Below, piece by piece: positions 40,156 to 52,298 of a stretch of 64,000 bases of DNA. A program made the translations under genes and the position numbers. The notes under the pieces are model-generated. The model was not told the DNA's origin. It saw only the letters and a list, made by a program, of their open reading frames with translations, and searched no databases. The stretch comes from Selenomonadales bacterium (GTDB lineage Bacteria > Bacillota > Clostridia > Christensenellales > QALW01). Each line of letters opens with the position of its first letter. Positions within the stretch are counted from its first letter, which is position 1. Where the stretch lies: positions 15,894 through 79,893 of the forward strand of contig QALW01000010.1 in NCBI GenBank assembly GCA_003150515.1, written 5' to 3'.

Positions 40156-41037
40156 ATGATATTTGCTGACGCTCATTGCGATTATCTGTCCAAAGCGGCG
40201 CTGGGAGGGGAGTTAAACGCGCCTCTTCCGCGTCAGGCCATCAGCTGGAGCAATATGGAGAACAGCGGGCTGACCGCGCTTAATATGGCCGCCTTCTGCG
40301 GGGAGGGAACGCCTAAAGAAATGCGGGATAATGTTTTTAAGCAGATTGAATGCTTTGAAAAACTAGCGCCCGGACGGGGCAGGGCGCGCAGTCTTAAAAA
40401 CGGAGTCGCGGTATTTTTGTCTCTGGAGGGATTGGATTACATAACCTGCCCCGAGGATTTGGAGGATTTATTGGAAAAGCCCGTTTTGTCGGCGGGCATA
40501 ATGTGGAACCGTTCTAACGCCTTAGGAGGCGGAGCGCTGGAGGAAGGCCCGCTTACTCGGGCGGGAGAAGGAGTAATAAAGCGGCTGGAGGAACGCGGAA
40601 TTTTAATCGATTTGGCGCATGCCTGTCCGCGCACCTTTTTTGACGCCTGCGAAATCGCTGCGAGGCCGTTTGTCAGCCATGCAAACGCCTGGGAGATTAT
40701 GCCTCACCCGCGCAATCTGCGGGCGGGGCAGATAAAGCTTTTAATTGAACGGGGCGGCTTTTTGGGGCTGACTTTTTATCCTCCGTTCGCCGGGCCCGGC
40801 CTGCCCGAATTTATGCGGCATATGGATTTTATATTGGAATTGGGCGGGGAAAACATTTTAGGCATAGGCTCGGATTTTGACGGCTGCAATGAATATATTG
40901 CTCCCTTTAATTCGCCCGCCGATTATTTCCGGCTTTACGAGGCTATGCTGGCCCGGGGCTATAAGAAGGAGATAATAGAAAAAATATGCTATAAAAATTT
41001 CCTGGATTATATTGCTCCGGCCTTAAGGGAGGAATAA
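40156..41037 (+). CDS. membrane dipeptidase (peptidase family M19)
   Basis: N-terminus FADAHCDYL, with DLAH and GSDFDG motifs. Confidence 0.8.
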   Translation: MIFADAHCDYLSKAALGGELNAPLPRQAISWSNMENSGLTALNMAAFCGEGTPKEMRDNVFKQIECFEKLAPGRGRARSLKNGVAVFLSLEGLDYITCPEDLEDLLEKPVLSAGIMWNRSNALGGGALEEGPLTRAGEGVIKRLEERGILIDLAHACPRTFFDACEIAARPFVSHANAWEIMPHPRNLRAGQIKLLIERGGFLGLTFYPPFAGPGLPEFMRHMDFILELGGENILGIGSDFDGCNEYIAPFNSPADYFRLYEAMLARGYKKEIIEKICYKNFLDYIAPALREE

Positions 41038-41188
41038 AGCGAACAGGGGACGCTGGCGTTAAGCTCCAAAATGCCCGAACAAAGGCGTTCCGGGGAAATT
41101 GTTTATAACTAACACATTTTAGACATTGACAAAACTGCCGCTTCCATTATAATAATATATAAATAGTTAGAAAGATGGTGGTCGGCTC

Positions 41189-41827
41189 ATGAGCAATCAG
41201 GATTCACGCATAAGGAACAGGCAGTTAAGGGCATACGGTGTATTTGCAATAGCGGCAATACTCCTTGTCATCATTATTATAGCGATTATCGGATTGTTTT
41301 CAGGAGACGCTCCCGCTGACATACAAAACTCCGCTACTCCTACCCCTCCGGCGATTACGGCCACTCCTACTCCTGAGAATACTCCCACGTCCGAGCCTAC
41401 GCCCAGCGAGGAAGCCACTCCCACTCCCAGCATTATAGAAAAAGTGGTTAAAACCTCTCAAAACGGCAGCGTTAATCTGCGCGCTCAGGCTTCAAGCGAC
41501 AGCCAAAGGGTGACGACTCTCAAAACAGGTCAGATTCTTACAGTGCTTTCAGAGGAAAACGGATGGGCAAAGGTCAGGACGCAGGATAATCAGGAAGGCT
41601 ATGTAAGCGCCGAATATCTTATAGATAAAGTAACGGGCACGGTGGTTAATATAAACAGCGCGCTTAACGTCCGGGAGACGGCCAGCAGCACGGCGGATAA
41701 GGTGGGCACGCTGGAAAACGGAGACACGGTCACGGTTTTAGACACTTCCAATTCAGATTGGACGCTGGTAGCGCTTTCGGATGGCAAAATCGGCTATTGT
41801 TCCGCTCAGTATATCCAGATTTCATAA
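41189..41827 (+). CDS. membrane-anchored protein with two bacterial SH3 domains
   Basis: TM helix, Thr/Pro-rich linker, then two repeats of SH3b-like (V)NLR/VNVRE...GWAKV...GYVSAEYL. Confidence 0.7.
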   Translation: MSNQDSRIRNRQLRAYGVFAIAAILLVIIIIAIIGLFSGDAPADIQNSATPTPPAITATPTPENTPTSEPTPSEEATPTPSIIEKVVKTSQNGSVNLRAQASSDSQRVTTLKTGQILTVLSEENGWAKVRTQDNQEGYVSAEYLIDKVTGTVVNINSALNVRETASSTADKVGTLENGDTVTVLDTSNSDWTLVALSDGKIGYCSAQYIQIS

Positions 41828-42086
41828 TAAACGGCCGTGAGCGGGCGCGGAGAGAAAGTTTTCGGGCAATTGTTCTGCCCGAGGCGGCTTATAGGCCGGC
41901 GGGCTGCCGGCTCTGCGCCGGGCGCCGGATGCATTTGCCGGCGCGGAGCGCAGCCTGTGCCGGCGTTTATCAAGCATACGCTCCGCGGCACCCGAATATA
42001 TATTTATAGGATTCTATTTAATAGGAGACTGTTTTTTAACGCAGCCTCCTATAAATATGCTGAAAATTTTAAAAGGAGCCCTCTTT

Positions 42087-42929
42087 ATGAATATAAGAAT
42101 TATTACCGATTCGGCCTCTGATATAACTCAAGGGCGGCATTCCCTCCTGAGCGTGCTGCCCATGACCATAACCTTTGGGGAAGAGCAGTTTCTGGACGGA
42201 GTGAATCTATCCCGCGAAGAGTTTTATTTAAAGCTGGTTGAGACGGACGCCATGCCTTCCACCAGCCAGATTTCTCCCTATTCCTTTGAACAGCTTTATA
42301 AGAGAGTGCGGGAGGCGGGCGAACAGGCCCTGGTTATAACCATGTCGGGCAGGCTTTCGGGCACCTATCAAAGCGCCGTGGCCGCGGCCGAGGAATATAA
42401 GGATATAGTGCGGGTGGTGGACAGCCTGAATGTGACCGTTGGGGAACATGTCCTGGTGGATTATGCCCTGAAACTGCGCAGTCAGGGGCTGGGCCTGGAG
42501 CAGCTTGCTCAGGAGCTGGAGCGCAGGAAAACGGATATATGCATGCTGGCGCTGGTGGATACGCTTACTTATCTTCAAAAGGGCGGACGCTTATCCAAAG
42601 CGGCGGCCTTTGCCGGCAGCCTGCTTTCCATTAAGCCGGTGGTCTCCCTGGAAGAGGGGGAAGTGGCCATCCTGGGCAAGGCGCGCGGCTCCAAGCACGG
42701 CCATAATCTGCTGGACGAGCTTATTGAAAAAAAGGGGGGCATAGATTTTGATATGCCCATTATGCTCGGTTATACGGGCATGAGCGACGCTCTGCTGGAG
42801 AAATATATCGAGGATAACGCGCGGCTTTGGAAAGGGCATTTGGAAAAGCTTCCTAAGGTTGTGGTGGGAGGCACCATAGGCACTCACGCAGGGCCGGGCG
42901 CCATTGCCATCGCGTTTTATCATAAATAG
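42087..42929 (+). CDS. DegV family fatty-acid-binding protein
   Basis: MNIRIITDSASD start, TSQISP motif, GTHAGPGA C-terminus. Confidence 0.85.
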   Translation: MNIRIITDSASDITQGRHSLLSVLPMTITFGEEQFLDGVNLSREEFYLKLVETDAMPSTSQISPYSFEQLYKRVREAGEQALVITMSGRLSGTYQSAVAAAEEYKDIVRVVDSLNVTVGEHVLVDYALKLRSQGLGLEQLAQELERRKTDICMLALVDTLTYLQKGGRLSKAAAFAGSLLSIKPVVSLEEGEVAILGKARGSKHGHNLLDELIEKKGGIDFDMPIMLGYTGMSDALLEKYIEDNARLWKGHLEKLPKVVVGGTIGTHAGPGAIAIAFYHK

Positions 42930-43077
42930 CTTTCCTGAGTCCGGGCAGCCGCTGATTTTTGGGCGGTCCGCCGTGCTGGAAATGCAAAATTAATTTTGAA
43001 ACAGGCCTCTGATTTAAAGGCGCTCCGCTTATAATAAGCAGAGCGCCTGTTTTGCATTGCGCTTTGATATTTTCCAA

Positions 43078-43980
43078 TCAATCGTCGGGCAGGCAGACTG
43101 CGCAGGGCTGATAGCCGTTTTTCAGCGCCTCGTCTATATTTATGGCCATCTTTTCGTGACCTTTTATGCTCACGCAGCCGTCTCTGTGATATTTGTCTCC
43201 GTTTTTTGTTACATATACAATGCGGGAATCATAAGGGGCGCTTTGAGTGTTTTGCGGATTCTCGTTTTTTTCGCTCAGGCTGAAAGAGCCCAGGAAAAGC
43301 AGAAATATGATAACTGCGGCTAAAAATGCGGCCAGAAGGGAATAAAAAACAGGCCTGTTTTTGGACGCGCTCTTTTTATGCTTGAATTTTTCCGCCCGGT
43401 AGAGCTCTATTGTTTCCTGAAACTGCCCGCAGAGCCGGCGCTCCTGATAGGAATAAAAGGGATCCCTCCTGGCGCGGCGGCGCTGCATTTCCACCATTAC
43501 TCTTTCGGCGCATTCCTCTGAAACGCCCGCCACCGCCTGAATTTCCTCAATGGAATCCACTCCCATTTGATAGAGCACGGCCGAGGGAGCCAGCAGAGCG
43601 CATTTAAATTCCTCCGCCTCTTTATGCTGCTGCATCTGCTGAATCTTTCCCGCCGGGGCGGCGTCGGTATTGGCGGCGTATAATCCGTGGCCGCATAAAT
43701 AGTGGGCCAGCTCGTGGGTAATGGTCTCCCGTCTTTCAATGGAGCCGGCGTTTCCGCTGAAAAGTATCATGGGCCCTTTTTTAGTTTCTATGGTTAAGCC
43801 TGCGCAGAAATCAATATCCTTCTGCTTGCTCTTTAGGGATTCCATTAATCCGGGCAGGGATTCATAGCTGGAAAAAAGCACGCTTTTTCCCGGCAGCTTT
43901 AGGGACTGGGGCTCAATAGGAAATTTGCTTACGCCGTTTTCTATTAACAGCTCAATCGCTTTGGCTTGTACGCCCTGCAT
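43078..43980 (-). CDS. ImmA/IrrE-family zinc metallopeptidase with C-terminal TM helix and Cys-rich tail
   Basis: HELAHYLCGH motif, TM helix AAFLAAVIIFLLFLG, tail KYHRDGC...CAVC. Start at MQGVQ, after GGAGGGGG. Confidence 0.75.
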   Translation of the reverse strand: MQGVQAKAIELLIENGVSKFPIEPQSLKLPGKSVLFSSYESLPGLMESLKSKQKDIDFCAGLTIETKKGPMILFSGNAGSIERRETITHELAHYLCGHGLYAANTDAAPAGKIQQMQQHKEAEEFKCALLAPSAVLYQMGVDSIEEIQAVAGVSEECAERVMVEMQRRRARRDPFYSYQERRLCGQFQETIELYRAEKFKHKKSASKNRPVFYSLLAAFLAAVIIFLLFLGSFSLSEKNENPQNTQSAPYDSRIVYVTKNGDKYHRDGCVSIKGHEKMAINIDEALKNGYQPCAVCLPDD

Positions 43981-44042
43981 AAAAAAGTTCCCCCTCCGTA
44001 ATAATTCCCTCTCGTTAACGCCCAAAGGCGCTTTAAAAGCGC

Positions 44043-44468
44043 TCAGTCCTGGTTTTCCTGCTTTTTCTTAAGCGCTTCGGCTACAGATTCAAAAAAATCT
44101 ATGGACGCTTTATCGGTAAATTCCATGCGCCGGCCGTCATATCCCATTATTACGACTCTTGGCTCAGGATTAATAAGCTTTTCCACGGCTTCGGTTATTT
44201 CAGGGCTGTCCGGCCGGCTGCGCGCCTCGTTCAGCGCGTTTAAAAGAGTTTCAAAATCCATGGGCTCTTCTTCCCAGCCCATGATATAGGCCGGAGTGGT
44301 GTTAAGCGCTTTGGCCAGCGGCTCAAGCACGGTTATGGGCATATCCTCTATGTCGCCGTTTTCATATCTGTATATGGTGGCCCGATTTTTATTAAGCCGG
44401 CTGGCCAGCTCGCCTACGCTTAAGCCCAGGGCTTCTCTTCTTGCTTTAATTCTTTCGCCTTTAGTCAT
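44043..44468 (-). CDS. XRE-family HTH transcriptional regulator
   Basis: MTKGERIKARREALGLSVGELASRLNKNRATIYRYENG. Lies upstream of, and is co-directional with, the ImmA-like gene. Confidence 0.85.
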   Translation of the reverse strand: MTKGERIKARREALGLSVGELASRLNKNRATIYRYENGDIEDMPITVLEPLAKALNTTPAYIMGWEEEPMDFETLLNALNEARSRPDSPEITEAVEKLINPEPRVVIMGYDGRRMEFTDKASIDFFESVAEALKKKQENQD

Positions 44469-44568
44469 AAGCTTTAATCTCCTTTGGTGTATAATAACAT
44501 TGATTTCGCAAATATGCAATCGAAAATTGCAGAAATAATAAAAAAATCGCATAAAACGCAAAAAATTA

Positions 44569-44597
44569 TTGACACATGCGTATTATTGTAGTATTAT
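44569..44597 (+). promoter_or_regulatory. sigma-A promoter divergent from xre
   Basis: TTGACA, 17 nt, TATTAT. Flanked by two GCATAAAAYGCRAA direct repeats (about 44551 and 44606), which are possible operators. Confidence 0.6.
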
Positions 44598-44681
44598 CTG
44601 TGTTGCATAAAATGCGAACAAGCCAAAATTATTGCGTTAAACGCGAATATAAGGGGAGTTCAAGCATAAGAGGAGGACGGT

Positions 44682-44900
44682 ATGAAAAAACAGTTAAACG
44701 CCGACGCTTATATTCTGGGCCTGGAGCTGACTGTAAAAACCTTATCCAATCGGATTAAAGAGCTGGAAGAGACGCTTAATAACGAGCGCGCTCAAAGCGA
44801 AAAAAGCGCGGAAGCCATGAAAAAGCGCATTGCCGTTCTGGAAGCGGATATAAAAAGAGGGGAAATAGAGAAAAACGCGGTTAGGGGCAATTCAATTTAA
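44682..44900 (+). CDS. small coiled-coil hypothetical protein (72 aa)
   Basis: GGAGGA RBS. Heptad-like charged sequence. Divergent from the XRE/ImmA pair. Confidence 0.55.
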   Translation: MKKQLNADAYILGLELTVKTLSNRIKELEETLNNERAQSEKSAEAMKKRIAVLEADIKRGEIEKNAVRGNSI

Positions 44901-45061
44901 CCTCCCAAATTAAAAAAATCCGCCCCTGACTTCCTGAAATAAAAAATCCGCCCTGCTTTTTGTTAAAGCGAAAGAGCGGAAAATTTGCAGTTGGGTAAAA
45001 AGAAGATTGCGCAGCGTAATGTAAAAGAATTCTTAAAAGGGGCGGAGCAAAAGAGCGGGCT

Positions 45062-45373
45062 TTATTTCTCCAGCATATCCAAAATGGCCTGCTTGGGCCT
45101 TGCTCCCGTCGCTTTGCTCACAACCTTGCCGTTTTTTATTACCATAAGAGTGGGTATGCTCATCACTGAAAAGGCTTCGGCCAGTTCGGGCTGCTCTTCA
45201 ATATTTATTTTTCCTACCTTCTGCGCCGTAAGCTCGTCGGCCAATTCCTCTACAATGGGGGAGACCATCCTGCATGGACCGCACCAGCTCGCCCAAAAAT
45301 CAATCAGTACGGGTTTATCCGAATTCATAACCTCTTTTTCAAAGTTCTCCTTGGTTATAGTTATTGCCGCCAT
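45062..45373 (-). CDS. trxA: thioredoxin
   Basis: 103 aa. Active site WCGPC. Confidence 0.95.
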   Translation of the reverse strand: MAAITITKENFEKEVMNSDKPVLIDFWASWCGPCRMVSPIVEELADELTAQKVGKINIEEQPELAEAFSVMSIPTLMVIKNGKVVSKATGARPKQAILDMLEK

Positions 45374-45708
45374 TAGGGTTCTCTCCTTTCATTGCCCTGA
45401 AAATTTTAATGCGCTTATCCATCGTTATTTATAAAATAGCGCTTTGAGCCGGTAAGCGTAATATTCAGCAGGGCGTATATTTATTATATTATATCACTAA
45501 ATCAGAAAAAATGTACATTTATTTTAATACTGTCATTTATAGGGTTTCAAATTCTGCCGGCTGAGACGCGTTACGCATTTATATATTTTAAAAAGCGCTC
45601 CAAAATAAATATTGTTTAGTTATATATTGACTTTATATCTCTGCGTATGTTAAAATTTTAGTGTTCCTAATAATGGCGGGAGCTTTGCCCCGCGGCGGGA
45701 GAATGGCT

Positions 45709-46122
45709 ATGAGCGAAGGAAAGAATGTGACTCTCAACATAACCACCAAGCGTTCGGATGAGGTGATTAACCTCATTACCGACGCGGTTTGCTATGCTGA
45801 AAACGGGGAAATACGCTTTGAATATAACGAAAGCCTGGCTGCCAAGGAGGATACCAGGACTGTAATGACCATTTCCCCCGAAAGCGTTATGATAAACCGC
45901 GTGAATAACGCGGGCGAAAGCACGGTTATGCTGTTTGAGGAGAGAAAGACTTATAAGGGCGCTTACTGCACAGAATTCGGCACGTTTGATATGTCCATAT
46001 TTACAACCAGAATGCGAACCAATATATTTGAAGACCGGGTAAGCGCGAGCTTTTGCTATGATTTGCGGTTTGCCGGCAGGGGGATGGGGCGCTTTAATAT
46101 TGACGTCAGCGCAAATATCTGA
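45709..46122 (+). CDS. hypothetical beta-barrel protein (YwiB/DUF1934-like, tentative)
   Basis: About 137 aa. The family assignment is from memory of the sequence pattern only. Confidence 0.5.
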   Translation: MSEGKNVTLNITTKRSDEVINLITDAVCYAENGEIRFEYNESLAAKEDTRTVMTISPESVMINRVNNAGESTVMLFEERKTYKGAYCTEFGTFDMSIFTTRMRTNIFEDRVSASFCYDLRFAGRGMGRFNIDVSANI

Positions 46123-46281
46123 GGTTTTTGTTTCTTTTTTCTTTAAAAGAGTGTATAATGCTTAGAGCCGGGAGCTTTTTTAAACGGAGCTTTATTTTCT
46201 GCAGCGTTTTTAGCTGAACGAGGCCGGTTTTTAATAATAGCCTGCGGCTGCTGAAGCGCCGCGTTAAAAGGAAGGGTTTTT

Positions 46282-47460
46282 ATGATTAGATTATTTTCAA
46301 GCGAATCTGTGACCGAGGGGCATCCGGATAAAGTATGCGATCAGATTTCGGACGGAGTGCTGGACGCTATACTGGCGCAGGATCCCAATGCGCGGGTGGC
46401 CTGCGAAAGCATAGCCACGACGGGCATGGTGCTGGTAACGGGGGAAATTTCCTGCGATTGCTATGTGGATATTCCTCAGATTGTGCGCTCTACATTGCTG
46501 GAGATTGGCTATAACGGCGAAACGGCCGGCTTTGATGGAAACGCCTGCTCTGTGCTCACTTGTATAGACGAGCAGTCTCCCGATATAGCCATGGGGGTGG
46601 ATAACGCCATGGAGGCGCGCGCGGGCAGCCAGGACGATTTATTCTCTACCGGCGCGGGGGATCAGGGCATGATGTTCGGATATGCCTGCAATGAAACGGA
46701 CACTTTTATGCCTATGCCTATAGAATTGGCTCACAGGCTGACGCGCAGGCTGGCATGGGCGCGCAAAAGCGGGCGGCTTAAATGGCTGAGGCCGGACGGC
46801 AAAAGCCTGGTCAGCGTCCGGTATGAGAACGAGAGGCCCGCGGCTGTGGATTCAGTGGTAATATCCGCTCAGCATGATAGCCAGGTGAGCATGGAGATTC
46901 TGCGCGAGGGCATAATAGAAGAGGTAATAAAGCCCATTATCCCCGCCGGGCTGATGGATAAAAACGTTAAAATACTGGTCAATCCTACCGGCCGCTTTGT
47001 GGTGGGCGGGCCGCACGGGGATTCCGGTTTGACCGGCCGCAAAATTATAGTGGACAGCTACGGCGGATGCGCCCGTCATGGCGGCGGCGCCTTTTCGGGC
47101 AAGGATCCCACTAAAGTGGACCGTTCGGCCGCATATATGGCCCGTTATATTGCTAAGAACATAGTAGCCGCCGGGCTGGCGGATAAATGCGAAATACAGC
47201 TTGCTTATGCTATAGGGGTGGCTCAGCCCGTTTCAGTTTACTGCGAATGCTTCGGCACTAACAAAATTCCTTTGGACAAGCTGGCCGAGGGCGTGCGCCG
47301 GGTTTTTGACCTTCGCCCCGCCGCTATTATCAGCCGCCTGGATTTGCGCCGTCCTATATATAAGCAGACGGCCGCCTATGGCCATTTCGGCCGCAATGAT
47401 TTGGATTTGCCCTGGGAGCGCCTGGACGCGGCTGAGCAGCTCAAAGCCCATTTAAGCTGA
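46282..47460 (+). CDS. metK: S-adenosylmethionine synthetase
   Basis: [39 protein letters not shown] motifs. Confidence 0.97.
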   Translation: MIRLFSSESVTEGHPDKVCDQISDGVLDAILAQDPNARVACESIATTGMVLVTGEISCDCYVDIPQIVRSTLLEIGYNGETAGFDGNACSVLTCIDEQSPDIAMGVDNAMEARAGSQDDLFSTGAGDQGMMFGYACNETDTFMPMPIELAHRLTRRLAWARKSGRLKWLRPDGKSLVSVRYENERPAAVDSVVISAQHDSQVSMEILREGIIEEVIKPIIPAGLMDKNVKILVNPTGRFVVGGPHGDSGLTGRKIIVDSYGGCARHGGGAFSGKDPTKVDRSAAYMARYIAKNIVAAGLADKCEIQLAYAIGVAQPVSVYCECFGTNKIPLDKLAEGVRRVFDLRPAAIISRLDLRRPIYKQTAAYGHFGRNDLDLPWERLDAAEQLKAHLS

Positions 47461-47467
47461 AATTAAA

Positions 47468-47506
47468 AGCGCCGCCTTTAAGCCCTAAGGCGGCGCTCTT
47501 ATTTAT
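47468..47506 (+). terminator. rho-independent terminator of metK
   Basis: 11-bp stem agcgccgcctt/aaggcggcgct followed by a T-rich tail. Confidence 0.7.
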
Positions 47507-47575
47507 AAAAGAATATCTTAGTTCCTGATTGCATTGCCTTTAAAAGCAGGCTGTCATGATAAAGGGGGAAGTCAA

Positions 47576-48439
47576 ATGTGGGTGGCTCTGGCTTTCGGCT
47601 CGGCGTTTTTCGCGGGTATAACCGCCGTATTGGCCAAATGCGGGATTCGCAGTACAAATTCTACGGTGGCGACGGCCGTGCGCACGGTGGTTGTCGCGGC
47701 TTTTTCCTGGCTTATGGCGCTGCTGGCGGGCTCCGCGTCTTCTCTGAGCGCGCTTAGTCAAAGGAATTGGCTGTTTTTAATTCTTTCGGGGCTGGCCACG
47801 GGCGCGTCTTGGCTATGCTATTTCAAGGCGCTGCAGCTTGGGGAAATTAATAAAGTGGTGCCTGTGGATAAATCCAGCGTGGTTCTGAGTATGCTGCTGG
47901 CAGTCATTTTCCTCCATGAAAGCATAAGCTTTTGGGGAGGCGCGGGCATTGTGCTGATTGCCGCCGGCACTTATCTTATGCTTGAAAGAAAGGAGAGCGC
48001 CGGAGAAAAACGCGGAAAAAAGAGCTGGCTGCTCTATGCCGCCGGCTCTGCGCTTTTTGCCAGCCTCACTTCCATTCTGGGCAAAGTGGGCATTTCGGGA
48101 GTGGAATCCAATCTGGGCACGGCCGTCCGCACTACGGTAGTTTTAGTCATGGCCTGGATTATGGTGCCTGTGTCCGGCCAGATGAAGGCGGTCGGCCAGA
48201 TTCCTAAAAAAGAGCTGGGCTTTATTCTGCTTTCGGGAATAAGCACGGGCGCGTCCTGGCTCTTATATTATAAAGCGCTTCAGGACGGGCCTGCCAGCGT
48301 AGTTGTGCCCATTGATAAGCTGAGCATTCTTGTGAGCGTGCTTTTCTCCTATTTTGTCTTTCATGAGAAGCTGTCTTTAAAATCGGGCGCAGGACTGCTT
48401 TTGATTGTTATAGGCACCCTGCTTATGCTTATCCTTTGA
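47576..48439 (+). CDS. EamA/DMT-family transporter
   Basis: Ten predicted TM helices in two EamA-like halves. Start at MWVALAF, after GGGGGA. Confidence 0.8.
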   Translation: MWVALAFGSAFFAGITAVLAKCGIRSTNSTVATAVRTVVVAAFSWLMALLAGSASSLSALSQRNWLFLILSGLATGASWLCYFKALQLGEINKVVPVDKSSVVLSMLLAVIFLHESISFWGGAGIVLIAAGTYLMLERKESAGEKRGKKSWLLYAAGSALFASLTSILGKVGISGVESNLGTAVRTTVVLVMAWIMVPVSGQMKAVGQIPKKELGFILLSGISTGASWLLYYKALQDGPASVVVPIDKLSILVSVLFSYFVFHEKLSLKSGAGLLLIVIGTLLMLIL

Positions 48440-48535
48440 AACCGGCCTGCTTTTAAAATTATTTCCGCGCGCGGAAATAGTAGGGGCTTTATTTGGAATA
48501 AGGCCCGTTTTCAATAACGGAAATCAGTTCTGCAA

Positions 48536-49933
48536 TCAGTTCTGCGCGCGCCGCAGCGCTTGCTTCAAGGCGCGCATATGCCTGAGCTGCGTGCGCTCCC
48601 ATTCTTCCTCGTCCGTTATCTCTTCTGCATTCCAGGTGCGCTCGGCCAGGGCGCCTATGCGTCCGCAGACTAATTCATATTCCTCCATGCAGCCCTTAAG
48701 GCTGTCCTCGTAATCGGCCAGGATATCTCCCCAGGCGCACATCTGTCCGCCCAGCACCTTATATCGGCCGTCTATTTTCAGCCCGTTATAGGCGGCGGAG
48801 CATTCCCATTTATGTCCCCATTGATGGGTGTCCCATTTGAGTATTTCCTTTGCGCTCCAGCTTATGGAGGGGGAGACGATATATAAAGGCTTCCAGGAGC
48901 AGTTAATCAGGGTGAAGCCGGCCTGAGCCAGCCTGTCGGCCGTCTGATAATAATTCTCCCAGCTTATAACCAGCGTTTCCCTGGGTATGAGATAATTATA
49001 TTCTTCTTTAAATCCTTCCCATACTATGGGAACCCGCCCCAGGCCTAAAATCATTTTGGCGCAGCGCTGTACATAATGCGCATAAAGATGCTGAAGGGAA
49101 TGGATATTATGAAGCCGGCAATAGCGCTGAGTTTTTTCGCAGCTTTCCCAGCCGTCAATTTTGGCCTCGTCCCCGCCTATATGTATATAGGGGGAATAAC
49201 TGAAAAGCTCGGCTATTTCCTTAAAGCAGGCTTCAAGCGCGTCAAAAACCCTTTCATCCGCCGGCAGCACGCTGCCCGTTCCGAAGATTTCAGGATAATT
49301 GCGCATAAAGGAAAGGCTGTGCCCGGGCACGTCCATTTCGGGAATCAGGGTTATTCCGCGCTCAAACGCATATTGGCTGAGCGCTTTAAGCTGCTGCTTA
49401 GTATAGAAATATTTGTCGTTGAGTTTGGAAAAGGGGCCTATGGGCAGAGTAAAGGCCTTGTCCTCGGTAAAATGGATTTGCAGGCTGGCGAGCTTAAAAT
49501 AATAGCAGATGTCTATATAGTCGTATAAAAAATCTATGCTGTGCTCGCACCGCGCCACGTCTATCATAAGTCCGCGGTAGGGGCAATGGGGCGCGTCCTT
49601 TATTTCCGCTCCTGAAATATAAATCCGGCCGTCGTTTTCCTCGGATAATTGCAGCAGAGTGGCAAAGGCGTGATGAGCGCCTCTTGAATCGGAAGCGGAT
49701 ATAATTATCTCGTTATTTCCGCAGCTTATCTCATAGCTTTCGGCTTGAAGCGCCTCGCTGGCTTTTACGGTTATAATTGCTCCGGTGCCGTTGGGCCGGG
49801 CATTATAAAATGCGCTGAGATATTGGCAGAAAGTCTCCTGGCATTGCATAAAATCGCCCCTGACGGCGCCGATGGGGAGCTTTTGGCCGCTTAAGCATAT
49901 TTCGCGGGGCTGGGGGGTTAAGATGTATTTCAT
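48536..49933 (-). CDS. beta-N-acetylhexosaminidase (GH20 family)
   Basis: RGLMIDVARC, HIGGDEA catalytic D-E pair, PEMDVPGH. Confidence 0.8.
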   Translation of the reverse strand: MKYILTPQPREICLSGQKLPIGAVRGDFMQCQETFCQYLSAFYNARPNGTGAIITVKASEALQAESYEISCGNNEIIISASDSRGAHHAFATLLQLSEENDGRIYISGAEIKDAPHCPYRGLMIDVARCEHSIDFLYDYIDICYYFKLASLQIHFTEDKAFTLPIGPFSKLNDKYFYTKQQLKALSQYAFERGITLIPEMDVPGHSLSFMRNYPEIFGTGSVLPADERVFDALEACFKEIAELFSYSPYIHIGGDEAKIDGWESCEKTQRYCRLHNIHSLQHLYAHYVQRCAKMILGLGRVPIVWEGFKEEYNYLIPRETLVISWENYYQTADRLAQAGFTLINCSWKPLYIVSPSISWSAKEILKWDTHQWGHKWECSAAYNGLKIDGRYKVLGGQMCAWGDILADYEDSLKGCMEEYELVCGRIGALAERTWNAEEITDEEEWERTQLRHMRALKQALRRAQN

Positions 49934-50037
49934 GCATTTGCCTCCTTTTATTTTTGGGCATTATAGCATATGCGGCGCCGCAGTTCAATACTCTGTATAA
50001 AATAATTTTACCAATATGGCTTTTCATATAAAAAAGC

Positions 50038-50079
50038 GCGCTCTCCGTTAAAATTTAGGGAGAGCGCGCCTGGGATTAA
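50038..50079 (-). terminator. rho-independent terminator of groEL
   Basis: 11-bp stem gcgcgctctcc/ggagagcgcgc followed by a T-run on the minus strand. Confidence 0.75.
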
Positions 50080-50095
50080 TTATATGTTCTTCGGA

Positions 50096-51730
<1,635 letters not shown>

Positions 51731-51744
51731 TCACTCCTTAATTA

Positions 51745-52029
51745 TTATTCTACAACGGCCAGAATGTCGCTCTGGCGGATAACGATATATTCGGTTCCGT
51801 CCAGCTTAACCTCGTTGCCGGCATATTTGCTGTAAATTACCTTATCTCCAACCTTGACCTGCATGGCTATTTCCTTGCCGTCAACGTTTCCGCCGGGGCC
51901 GATGGCAATTACTTCGGCCATCTGGGGCTTTTCCTTAGCCGCGCCGGGCAGCACGATACCGCTTTTGGTGGTCTCTTCGCTGTCTATGCTTTTGATTACT
52001 ACTCTGTCAAACAACGGTCTTATCTTCAT
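51745..52029 (-). CDS. groES: co-chaperonin GroES
   Basis: 94 aa. MKIRPLFDRVVIK...; lies upstream of groEL. Confidence 0.97.
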   Translation of the reverse strand: MKIRPLFDRVVIKSIDSEETTKSGIVLPGAAKEKPQMAEVIAIGPGGNVDGKEIAMQVKVGDKVIYSKYAGNEVKLDGTEYIVIRQSDILAVVE

Positions 52030-52051
52030 ATGGATATTCCCTCCTTTATAT

Positions 52052-52078
52052 TTAGCACTCTTAAGCTTGGAGTGCTAA
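52052..52078. promoter_or_regulatory. CIRCE operator (HrcA binding site)
   Basis: TTAGCACTC-N9-GAGTGCTAA, an exact consensus, between the promoter and groES. Confidence 0.95.
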
Positions 52079-52085
52079 CAAGCCT

Positions 52086-52114
52086 ATAATATGCATATTG
52101 TCTTTTATTAGCAA
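52086..52114 (-). promoter_or_regulatory. sigma-A promoter of groESL
   Basis: In gene sense: TTGCTA, 17 nt, TATTAT, immediately upstream of CIRCE. Confidence 0.7.
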
Positions 52115-52298
52115 ACATGCCCTGACATTCTCAAAACCGTTTTAAGGCGATTACAGGCAAATATCTCTTTAAAGCTTTGAAATGCTGGATTTTACGCCCT
52201 AAAACTATTATTCCCGTTCGTACTGGTTGTCAAACTGCAATCTTTGGAGTAAAATAGCCAAAAGACAGGAATCTTTATGGAAAAGAGGCTTTATGATT

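Noticed and set aside
41863-41953. GC-rich imperfect hairpins after the SH3 gene (also 60766-60796 and 62062-62197) as additional NP family members.
   Set aside because: The stems carry internal loops, bulges and mismatches, and lack the three-hairpin or closed-junction layout. They may be degenerate relatives or ordinary terminators. I did not count them in the family.
46123-46281. SAM riboswitch upstream of metK.
   Set aside because: I could not find the SAM-I core (conserved AUC..GAG.GG..GGA..GGC..CAACC elements) or an SMK-box-like SD-sequestering helix in the leader. Only a plausible promoter and unstructured U-rich sequence are present. A covariance-model scan would be needed to exclude other classes.
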